40,660 bases of DNA, from the IMG/VR virus record IMGVR_UViG_3300048851_000036, positions 1 through 40,660 of that record. One strand, written 5' to 3'. Made by a program: the position numbers and the translations under genes. Every line of letters begins with the position of its first letter. Positions within the stretch are counted from its first letter, which is position 1. Positions 1 through 6,869 of this stretch are shown here, one piece after another. The notes beneath the pieces were generated by a model. That model saw only the letters and a program-made list of their open reading frames with translations. It had not been told where the DNA came from and did no database searches. The stretch is from a virus (lineage: Duplodnaviria > Caudoviricetes).

Positions 1-3
1 TAC

Positions 4-30
4 GGTGGAGCTAAGGGGACTCGAACCCCT
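4..30 (-). other. att core: 3' part of tRNA-Ala (T-arm plus acceptor strand), not a complete tRNA
   Basis: Reverse complement reads AGGGGTTCGAGTCCCCTTAGCTCCACC (T-loop GTTCGA, acceptor strand TAGCTCC-A), as in actinobacterial tRNA-Ala; no 5' half upstream. Confidence 0.85.
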
Positions 31-138
31 TCCTGACCTGCGGTTATGCCGTTCGTCCTGCATGTTTCCGTAGTTCTCCGCACCCGATTTCACATTGGGT
101 GAGCCGTTCTGAGGCAATGTGTTGGCAGTGCCAACACA

Positions 139-897
139 TCACCCCGCACATTCCTGTGTCCAGCCGGTCGTCCCGTCAGTGAACATCGTCGTCCCCTTCT
201 GATAGACCGGATCATCCATGCAGTAGGCGATGGCCTTCTCTGGCAACGCGGTTGGCGGCCCCGTTGGTGCGCCCGTATATCCGACGGGAGGGTCAGCTTC
301 AACCGTCTCCTCAACCGTCTCTTCAACCGTGGGCTCGGGTTCAAAGGTTGGAGTGGGGGTCGGTGTCGTCGTAGTTGGCTCGACAACAGGCGCAGGAGGT
401 GTTCGCTGCGGCAAGACACTGAAGTCGCCAAACCAGTTGGTCGACCCAAACAGGGTGAAAGTGCCCGACTTGAGTGCCGCGGCAGGCATCGCGAACCCCC
501 AAGACACATCCGCGGTCGAGCCTCCACGGAATACGCCTTCGACGCCGGGATCTAAGTCCTCGAGCACGGTGTAATCAACCGAGTCGTGACCTTCGGGTAC
601 GAATGTTGCCATCGGCTCCCAGTTGGCGACGTCGGCTCCAGTGTTCGCCGCTTGCCCGTAAAGCACGGTGTAAACGACCGGCGTACTCGCATCAGCGTCG
701 GTGTAACTACCCCATCCGGTGAGCTTGAACTTCACCCCATCGTCAAACGTGACCTCATCGGTGGGGGCGTGAATTGCCGTGCCGTCCTCGGTCGATGGGG
801 CTGCGGAAGATGCGGTCTCGTTGTCGCCTCCCTCGCTCGAGCAACCCGCCAGGATCAAGGCGGTGGCACCAACCACTGCGATGAGTGTGCGTTTCAT
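139..897 (-). CDS. Lipoprotein with Pro/Thr/Glu-rich linker and small Cys-flanked C-terminal domain
   Basis: Signal peptide MKRTLIAVVGATALILAG-C with lipobox LAGC; PT-rich linker; C-terminal YC...EC pair. Confidence 0.85.
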   Translation of the reverse strand: MKRTLIAVVGATALILAGCSSEGGDNETASSAAPSTEDGTAIHAPTDEVTFDDGVKFKLTGWGSYTDADASTPVVYTVLYGQAANTGADVANWEPMATFVPEGHDSVDYTVLEDLDPGVEGVFRGGSTADVSWGFAMPAAALKSGTFTLFGSTNWFGDFSVLPQRTPPAPVVEPTTTTPTPTPTFEPEPTVEETVEETVEADPPVGYTGAPTGPPTALPEKAIAYCMDDPVYQKGTTMFTDGTTGWTQECAG

Positions 898-1133
898 GTC
901 AGGTCTCTCCTCTGTGTACGGGCTGTCACCCGCTCGGATCGTATGCGCCGCAAACGATTTACCAATTGTGGATAGGACTCTAGCGCCTCGGGATCGTCGA
1001 TGATCAGGTTCAGCCGCCGGTAATACCTGATGGCAGACACCTCAAAGCGACGCACAATCTCCGTCTCTTTGTTGCCACGCTGGTACCACCACAAGGATTC
1101 GAACTCCAAGTACTCGCGGTCACGGTCGTTCAT
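894..1133 (-). CDS. DUF3263-family protein
   Basis: LEFESLWW...KETEIVRRFEVSAIRYYRRLNLIIDDPEAL...P.LVNRLRR pattern; ATGA overlaps with both neighbours. Confidence 0.8.
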   Translation of the reverse strand: MNDRDREYLEFESLWWYQRGNKETEIVRRFEVSAIRYYRRLNLIIDDPEALESYPQLVNRLRRIRSERVTARTQRRDLT

Positions 1134-1582
1134 GGCGCCCAACTCCATTCGTCACCAAGCCGGTGCTCGAGCTCGGCCACCTCGATCGGCCCCAGTCCGC
1201 GCATCCGAAACTCCAGCGTCGGAACGTCCACCCACAGTTCGTCGGCCAGTTGGACTGGAGTGGGGTGTCGATGCCACCGGAAGGCGTCAACCAGTGCGTC
1301 CAACGGAATAAGACGCCGTGACGCTATGTCGTTCACGATCTCCTCCTCTCGGCGCGCGGCAGCGTCCCCAGCGGGTAATGGCCCGCGCTCAATGTGAACG
1401 ATCTCGTGGGTCAACGTGCACCGCCGCTCAGCTTGCGTCAGCGTCGAGCACAACCAGATCCGGCGGCCTCGCACCAGCCCCATCCGAGATGCGTGCAGCT
1501 CGTGCCTACACGTCACCTCCAGGTCGGGATATTGATCGCGGAGATGCCGCCACGGATGCCATCGAGGGATCTGAGTCGTCAT
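1130..1582 (-). CDS. ImmA/IrrE-family metallopeptidase
   Basis: ERRCTLTHEIVH (HExxH), downstream EE and LADELWV; directly after the repressor. Confidence 0.85.
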   Translation of the reverse strand: MTTQIPRWHPWRHLRDQYPDLEVTCRHELHASRMGLVRGRRIWLCSTLTQAERRCTLTHEIVHIERGPLPAGDAAARREEEIVNDIASRRLIPLDALVDAFRWHRHPTPVQLADELWVDVPTLEFRMRGLGPIEVAELEHRLGDEWSWAP

Positions 1583-1642
1583 GTCCCGGACCGTAGGGCC
1601 AGGGTCTGACAAAACCTGTGCTGACCTCGAATTACACGGATG

Positions 1643-2449
1643 TCATTCTTCCGTGGGCTGGCCCTTCTTGTAGCCGGGTGGCGTCTCACGGGCCGCCACG
1701 TCCTCGTCGTCGAGCGCGGGCGGTAGATCGTCAAGGTCTTCGCCTTGATCTGTCGGATTCAAGGGATGGACATTGTCGTGATGCTGGCGGTCGCCAGCGT
1801 CGGCCTCCTTGTGCGACGGGGCGCCCGATGCTCCCGGCGTCTTGGCCGGCGAATCAGTGGCGGGTGCGGTTCGTTCTGCATTGGGGTCAAACTCCTTCGT
1901 TAGATCAGCTAGGTCTTGCCGTATGAAACTGATGGCAGCCACGGGGCCACTCAGCGCGTTGATCAAGTCCAGTCGAAGCGTCTCCGTTTCGCTCTGTATG
2001 GCAACGCTTTGGGCCACGTCGATTGAAGACTGAAGAACGTTGAGCATTTTGCGGATACGGACGAGCGGCGATGTCTCTGGATCTAACTCGCCGTAGGCGG
2101 TGATGACGTCGTAAAGCGAGTCCTGGCGGGTGCTCCATCCCCGCTCATCTAGAAGCTTCCTAACGTCGCCGCCACGGACAGGGTCATCGACGACCGATTC
2201 TCCCTCCTTCGGAACAGGATCTCCGCCGGCAAGCGTCCGAGCCGCGCTCCCTTTAGTCCATCCCAGGCTGTGATCCAGCTTGCTAAGTGTTGCGATCGTC
2301 ATCCCAACTGGTGCACCTTCCAAGATCTTTCGGAGCGTCGTATCGCTGGGGCCACCTCGCTCACGGATAGCCGCCTGCGTTAGCCCGAGTTCGGCCATGC
2401 GTTTCCGGACGTGCCGAGAGAAGTACTCGGAGTTGAGCAATGTCGTCAT
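1643..2449 (-). CDS. Immunity repressor (XRE-type HTH); start re-called at 2449
   Basis: RMAELGLTQAAIRERGGPSDTTLRKI...TLSKLDHSLGWTKGS; divergent from the cro-like gene; the longer ORF call would overlap cro. Confidence 0.8.
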   Translation of the reverse strand: MTTLLNSEYFSRHVRKRMAELGLTQAAIRERGGPSDTTLRKILEGAPVGMTIATLSKLDHSLGWTKGSAARTLAGGDPVPKEGESVVDDPVRGGDVRKLLDERGWSTRQDSLYDVITAYGELDPETSPLVRIRKMLNVLQSSIDVAQSVAIQSETETLRLDLINALSGPVAAISFIRQDLADLTKEFDPNAERTAPATDSPAKTPGASGAPSHKEADAGDRQHHDNVHPLNPTDQGEDLDDLPPALDDEDVAARETPPGYKKGQPTEE

Positions 2450-2631
2450 GCCGAAAGTGTCGCAGATTTTTTCGGCAAACCTCGGGATGGGTTGGCAAAC
2501 GACAAGCAGGTAATTCGTTTCGCCTTGGCATCCCGAACACTCATCGACGCTGATGGAGGCGGTTTGCCACTTTCGGATCGGTTTCGTTAATTCGGTTTGC
2601 CTTCGGGTTTCTATGGTGTACCTTCGGACAC
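2450..2631. promoter_or_regulatory. Divergent immunity switch region with repeated GGCAAAC/GTTTGCC operator-like boxes
   Basis: GGCAAAC at 2474 and 2494, GTTTGCC at 2562 and 2595; TTGCCT (2597) ... TACCTT (2619) ending 7 nt before the cro ATG (leaderless-type). Confidence 0.6.
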
Positions 2632-2922
2632 ATGCCAACGGAAACCCAATCGCGGCGGTACTCGCGCCAACGAAATCCGAAGGTGCCGCCTCACGTGTCG
2701 ATCGCGATAGTGCGGCGCCTTTCGGGGCTGACACTTGATGAGGTTTGCGACCGGATAGAGGAGATCACCGGCGACCGACCCACCAAGGGCGCGTTGTCTG
2801 CAATTGAGAACGGTCACCGGGGCGCATCACTGCAGCTGATCACTGCGCTTGAGCAGGCGTACCAGCTGCCCGCAGGCTCCATCTCGACCACGTATCAACC
2901 ACGTCAAGCGGCGGTGGCGTGA
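2632..2922 (+). CDS. Cro-like HTH protein
   Basis: VRRLSGLTLDEVCDRI...TKGALSAIENGHRGAS XRE HTH; first gene of the rightward operon. Confidence 0.85.
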   Translation: MPTETQSRRYSRQRNPKVPPHVSIAIVRRLSGLTLDEVCDRIEEITGDRPTKGALSAIENGHRGASLQLITALEQAYQLPAGSISTTYQPRQAAVA

Positions 2923-3635
2923 TGCCGGCCCACCACGACCTTGTCCAGATCCCAGTCCCCGGGACCGACCGCGAGATCGTCGCGACGCAGGTTGATGGCC
3001 GCGCTCTGGTCTCGCTGCGCCACGCTTGTGAGGCGATTGGTCTAGCCACCGACTCGCAGCGCCGCAAGCTGAGCAGCAGGTCATGGGCAACCGTCACCCA
3101 GCAGGTGTCGGTTGCAGAAGATGGCAAGGCGCGGGAGATGACAATGATCGACCGACGCACATTCACTATGTGGCTGGGCGGCATAGACGAGAACCGGGTT
3201 AAGCCTGAGGCTCGGCCAGTCCTCATCGCGTTTCAGGCCGAGGCTGCCGACGCGCTCGACTCCTACTTCTCGACAGGAATCGCCGTCGCCACTCCGGCGA
3301 ACTTGTCTCAGTTCGACATCCTCCGCGCAGCTATCGACCGCATTGAGGAATCAGAGCGAATCGCTACTGAGGCAAGGACTATCGCGGAGCGTGCCGAAGC
3401 ACGCCTCGACGGCATTGAGGGTCACCACGACTGGTTCTCGGCTCTTGGCTACGCGAAGCTGAACGGCCTCCCCACGTACGAGAAGTTCCTCCGCAAGCTT
3501 GGTAGCTGCGCATCGATGATCGCGCGTACCCACGAGATCCAGCCCGACAAGGCGCAGCACGCCCATTACGGCACGGTCAACAGCTACCCCGTGTGGATCT
3601 GGAAACTCGCGGCTGACGGAATGGGTGCCCAATGA
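2919..3635 (+). CDS. Phage antirepressor (P22 AR N-terminal type)
   Basis: LVSLRHACEAIGL..DSQRRKL...DGKAREM..I...F.MWL..I..NRVKPE motifs. Confidence 0.85.
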   Translation: MMPAHHDLVQIPVPGTDREIVATQVDGRALVSLRHACEAIGLATDSQRRKLSSRSWATVTQQVSVAEDGKAREMTMIDRRTFTMWLGGIDENRVKPEARPVLIAFQAEAADALDSYFSTGIAVATPANLSQFDILRAAIDRIEESERIATEARTIAERAEARLDGIEGHHDWFSALGYAKLNGLPTYEKFLRKLGSCASMIARTHEIQPDKAQHAHYGTVNSYPVWIWKLAADGMGAQ

Positions 3636-3640
3636 CTCTC

Positions 3641-3864
3641 GGCAGGCCAGGTGCGGAGCGGCATGGCACGGCGCGTTATGGCGGTTCACGGTCCGGCAGG
3701 CGGGGCATGGAACGGTTTGGCAAGTCTGGTCTGGGTTTGGCTAGGCACGGCAGGGCAGGCAAGTCAAGGCTCGGAGCGGCTAGGCACGGCTCGGCAAGGC
3801 GTGGCAGGCATGGCGTGGCGACGACCGGCTGGGCGTGGTTTCGCGCGACATGGCGCGGCCGGCA
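3641..3864 (+). repeat. GGY-NN pentamer array 1 (putative guide ncRNA): four blocks of 10, 11, 9 and 10 units separated by GGCA
   Basis: Parses in 5-nt register, e.g. GGCA|GGCCA GGTGC GGAGC GGCAT GGCAC GGCGC GTTAT GGCGG TTCAC GGTCC|GGCA|GGCGG...; GGCA spacers at 3641, 3695, 3754, 3803 and 3861. Confidence 0.9.
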
Positions 3865-3872
3865 AAAGACAA

Positions 3873-3895
3873 CCCCGGTGCTGTGAACACCGGGG
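3873..3895. terminator. 8-bp hairpin at the 3' end of array 1 (RNA boundary element or minus-strand terminator)
   Basis: CCCCGGTG-ctgtgaa-CACCGGGG, preceded by AAAAGACAA. Confidence 0.55.
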
Positions 3896-3940
3896 CCGCA
3901 ATAGATATCAGCAATCCAACTGACAACAGGAGTGTATCAA

Positions 3941-4576
3941 ATGACTGAACGTATCGAAATCACCAAGATCGCGTCCGAGACCATGATCGTCCCGATCAAG
4001 GGCACGGCGCCCCTGATCGTGCACAACTTCTCTGAGAAGTCGAAGCGCCAGATGCTAGACGCGCAGCAGGGGAAGAAGAAGGTGAAGGAAGTTCGTGATC
4101 CGCAGGCCGAGTACGAGGCCGCGTTCTATCGAATTGCGAACGAGGACAACGGTGATGAGTACGGGTTCCCGGTGACGGCGTTCAAGGCGGCGACGATCGG
4201 TGCGGCCAGGTTCTACGACAAGTCAGTCACCATGACCTCGCTCCGGCAGTTCATGTTCATGCACGGACTCTTGACGAAGGCTGATCCGCAGCAGTTGGTG
4301 AAGATCATCGGCGAGCCGTCGTTCCGTGAAGATGTTGTGCGGCTTGGCGGTCCGTCGCGGTCGGCTGACCTACGGTACCGGCCGGAGTTCCGGGACTGGT
4401 CCGCCGAACTGAAGGTCACCTACGTGACCAGCTCCCTCTCGAGGGATTCGGTTCTGTCTTTGATTGACGCAGGCGGTCTCGGTATCGGCGTCGGAGAGTG
4501 GCGTCCCGAGAAGCGCGGCGAGTTCGGGACGTACGAGATTGACCAGACGAAAGACATCGAAATTCTCCCGAGGTGA
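3941..4576 (+). CDS. Stand-alone RAMP/Cas7-like protein (Vipr-like)
   Basis: RBS ACAGGAG; N-terminal IVPIKGTAPLIVH, GFPVTAFKAA and C-terminal Gly-rich loop GLGIGVGEWRPEKRGEFGTYEI resemble RAMP signature elements; flanked by the GGY-NN arrays. Confidence 0.75.
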   Translation: MTERIEITKIASETMIVPIKGTAPLIVHNFSEKSKRQMLDAQQGKKKVKEVRDPQAEYEAAFYRIANEDNGDEYGFPVTAFKAATIGAARFYDKSVTMTSLRQFMFMHGLLTKADPQQLVKIIGEPSFREDVVRLGGPSRSADLRYRPEFRDWSAELKVTYVTSSLSRDSVLSLIDAGGLGIGVGEWRPEKRGEFGTYEIDQTKDIEILPR

Positions 4577-4587
4577 TGGAAGTGGTT

Positions 4588-4627
4588 GGCGTTACTGAAC
4601 TCTGTGGGGATCGGGTTCAGTCACGCC
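4588..4627 (+). other. Hairpin immediately 5' of array 2
   Basis: GGCGT-t-ACTGAAC-TC ... GG-GTTCAGT-c-ACGCC. Confidence 0.6.
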
Positions 4628-4630
4628 CTC

Positions 4631-4826
4631 GGCAGGCTAGGTGCGGCAGGTCCCGATTTGGCAGGTCACGGTTTGGCATGGCAGGGCAGGCATGGCACAT
4701 CGCGTCATGGCTAGGTTCGGCACGGCGTGTCTCGGCAAGGCAGGCATCGGCAGGGCAGGCAAGGCGCGGATCGGTTTGGCATGGCCCGTCTCGGCAAGGC
4801 CCGGCAGTCGCGGCACGGCACGGAAT
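4631..4826 (+). repeat. GGY-NN pentamer array 2 (putative guide ncRNA): blocks of 10, 10, 2 (irregular), 9 and 4 units separated by GGCA
   Basis: GGCA spacers at 4631, 4685, 4739, 4754 and 4803; starts CTCGGCAGGCTAGGTGCGG, nearly identical to the array 1 start CTCGGCAGGCCAGGTGCGG. Confidence 0.9.
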
Positions 4827-4852
4827 CATCACAGTGACAGAAGGATTCAACA

Positions 4853-5272
4853 ATGAGTGACCTCAGAAGCACACTCACAAGCATTTACCAGGACCGGGGC
4901 GAACTCACGCCACAGACAGTCGTGGATGTAGCTCGACCTGCTGACCACCCACTGCACAACAGGTTCGAGTGGAACAACGACGTGGCTGGCGAAGCCTACC
5001 GCCGCGTCCAAGCGCAAGAACTGATTCGGTCGGTGAAGATCACCTACGCCGAGACCCCGCAGGGTGACAGGCGGTCTGTCCGCGCCTTCTCATCGCTTCA
5101 CGAATCGGTCGATCCGCAACGTGAAGGCTATGCGCCGACCGAAGAGCTCATCGAAGATCCTCTCACTCTCAAGATCCTGCTGCGCAACTGCCAGCGCGAC
5201 ATCGAGACGATAAAGCGGAAGTACGGGCACCTCAAGGAGTTCGGCGACCTCCTTCGCAAGGCGGCATCATGA
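4853..5272 (+). CDS. Hypothetical protein, probable accessory gene of the array/RAMP locus
   Basis: Good RBS (GAAGGA); LTPQTVVDVARPADHPLHNRFEWNNDVAGEAYRRVQAQELIRSV; directly follows array 2. Confidence 0.75.
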   Translation: MSDLRSTLTSIYQDRGELTPQTVVDVARPADHPLHNRFEWNNDVAGEAYRRVQAQELIRSVKITYAETPQGDRRSVRAFSSLHESVDPQREGYAPTEELIEDPLTLKILLRNCQRDIETIKRKYGHLKEFGDLLRKAAS

Positions 5273-5496
5273 CCGACCCCGTCAGTGCCGGACAAGCAGG
5301 CGCTGAGTACGTCATCAATTCCGCTTCAATGCCTGCGGCCACGCCGATCCTGGACTCACTCAACGCAGTTCGAATTGCGGAGGAGGAACTCAGGAAAACT
5401 CTCACGGAGGTCTACAGGCGGAGAGAGGATCTGGCTGAGGCCAAACGTGTGGCTGCCTCCTTCCTTGATGACACCAAGAAGGAGTTCGGCTTATGA
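5269..5496 (+). CDS. Hypothetical coiled-coil protein
   Basis: ATGA overlaps at both ends. Confidence 0.6.
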   Translation: MTDPVSAGQAGAEYVINSASMPAATPILDSLNAVRIAEEELRKTLTEVYRRREDLAEAKRVAASFLDDTKKEFGL

Positions 5497-5672
5497 CGCC
5501 TTTCGATGGTGACCAGCACCTATTCGATCGCCGGTTCGCCGAGATTATCGACGCTAACACCACCGACGCCATCGACTTTGACCTTGGACCGATGCGTGCC
5601 GTGGTCATCACCCTCGCAGGCTCGGTCACATTCTGGGTCGTCGTCGGCGTCATCGTGTGGGTGGTCCTGTGA
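5493..5672 (+). CDS. Small membrane protein (not in ORF track)
   Basis: MTPFDGDQHLFDRRFAEII...AVVITLAGSVTFWVVVGVIVWVVL; AGGAG RBS, coupled start and stop. Confidence 0.6.
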   Translation: MTPFDGDQHLFDRRFAEIIDANTTDAIDFDLGPMRAVVITLAGSVTFWVVVGVIVWVVL

Positions 5673-5848
5673 TGTCGACCGAAGACCTTCAACTAGATGC
5701 AGTTGTTGAACTCGGCAATGCTCGCCGGGACCTCGCCGAGGCTGTCCGCAAATTTTGGTACGCCGACGGCCCGTACAACGCTGTCGCCGAACAGGTTCAG
5801 CGCTACGACGTCGCCAGGTCCATCGTCCTCGCAAGGAGCACAGCATGA
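5672..5848 (+). CDS. Hypothetical protein
   Basis: TGATG coupling; MSTEDLQLDAVVELG... Confidence 0.55.
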   Translation: MSTEDLQLDAVVELGNARRDLAEAVRKFWYADGPYNAVAEQVQRYDVARSIVLARSTA

Positions 5849-6099
5849 CTGACACCACTGAAACATTCAGCGTCGCTGAGGGTGCACGCCGGCTTGGCAT
5901 CACCGAGTCCGGCTACTACCGAAAGCTTGGGCGCCGTGAATGGCCGGGTCGGAAAGTCTGCAACCGTTGGCGGCTCACCGAAGCTGACATTCAACGCGCT
6001 CTGGACATTTGCTACCAGCCACCGAGGGATGACACCGCTCCCCCACCGCCCGCGAATGGACTGTCAAAGCGGTCCACCCTTCTCAAAAACGTTTCCTGA
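5845..6099 (+). CDS. xis: Excisionase-like HTH (recombination directionality factor)
   Basis: FSVAEGARRLGITESGYYRKL...PGRKVCNRWRLTEADI; AAGGAG RBS. Confidence 0.7.
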   Translation: MTDTTETFSVAEGARRLGITESGYYRKLGRREWPGRKVCNRWRLTEADIQRALDICYQPPRDDTAPPPPANGLSKRSTLLKNVS

Positions 6100-6110
6100 A
6101 AGGCATTCCC

Positions 6111-6272
6111 ATGAGCGACTATCCGCTCTACATCAGCCCCATCTCCAACTACTTGGGGTCCTGCGCGATCGTAATATCCATCGGCGTCATGATCCTCTAC
6201 GGGTTGTCGTACACGCCGCCTGACTTCGACTACCTCGCTGTGGATGGCGACCGGATCGAGGTGCGGTCATGA
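6111..6272 (+). CDS. Small membrane protein (not in ORF track)
   Basis: GAAAGG RBS; hydrophobic segment AIVISIGVMILYGL. Confidence 0.5.
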   Translation: MSDYPLYISPISNYLGSCAIVISIGVMILYGLSYTPPDFDYLAVDGDRIEVRS

Positions 6273-6550
6273 GCGCCGAGCACAGCAGCGAGACCGTGGG
6301 CGAACTGGTCGATCTCGGTGACGACAAACGGGTGGGGCACGCATTCGGAACCGAATGGCTCATGCGCGTCATGGCGACCGTGGGCGTCGAGACCTGGGAG
6401 AAGGTGCCTGGCGCCAGACTTCTCGTGCTTTATCCGAAGCCGGGACACTGGGGGCTCTCACCGGTAGGGATCGCGAACATCGACACCGGCAAGGCGCTGA
6501 TCTTCAAAGAGCTGGCGGCTGAGTTCTTCCCCGAATCGACGGTGTCCTGA
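6269..6550 (+). CDS. Hypothetical protein
   Basis: ATGA coupling within the operon. Confidence 0.6.
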   Translation: MSAEHSSETVGELVDLGDDKRVGHAFGTEWLMRVMATVGVETWEKVPGARLLVLYPKPGHWGLSPVGIANIDTGKALIFKELAAEFFPESTVS

Positions 6551-6869
6551 TGTTCTTCGATTGCCCGCCAGCAACTTTCAAGCCCCGCATCGCACCGGAC
6601 GGATGGAGCGACACCAGCCCCGGCGTCCACTTCTGGTCGGTCACCACAGGCGGCGACTTCCGACTGTTCGACAACCTCGGCCAGGCATGCGACTTCATTC
6701 GCAGGAGGACGCCATGACCGACACCCCCACCACCCACGGCACAGGCATCACGCACCTCGAATGCCAAGTCTGCTGCCGCCAATCCGCAACCCTCACGGTC
6801 AACGTCGTCACCGGTATATGCGACAACTGCGCTGAGGTCACCACCACACTTCCGAAACGCGAGGTCTAA

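Noticed and set aside
4-75. Complete tRNA gene
   Set aside because: Only the T-arm and acceptor 3' strand are present; no D-arm or anticodon arm.
2447-2472. Partial skip-one match of block 3 (AA.AA.TC.GC....TC) to the minus strand just upstream of the repressor start
   Set aside because: Only 5 of 9 dinucleotides match, close to chance expectation for 40 kb and several guides. I found no convincing self-target by eye, but the search was not exhaustive.
2450-2734. N-terminal 95-aa extension of the repressor ORF
   Set aside because: It overlaps cro and the operator region; the HTH begins after Met at 2449.
3632-3923. ORFs 3632-3886 and 3651-3923 (G/R/A/W-rich)
   Set aside because: Their low-complexity translations are by-products of the stop-poor 5-nt repeat; a 5-nt period is not codon-compatible. 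A translated leader cannot be fully excluded.
3641-4826. Canonical CRISPR array or simple microsatellite
   Set aside because: There are no 23-47 nt repeats with unique spacers and no cas1/cas2. The units are not homogeneous as slippage repeats would be: two positions vary freely while register and block length are held.
4573-4860. ORFs 4573-4860, 4641-4856 and 4617-4853
   Set aside because: Same artefact over array 2.
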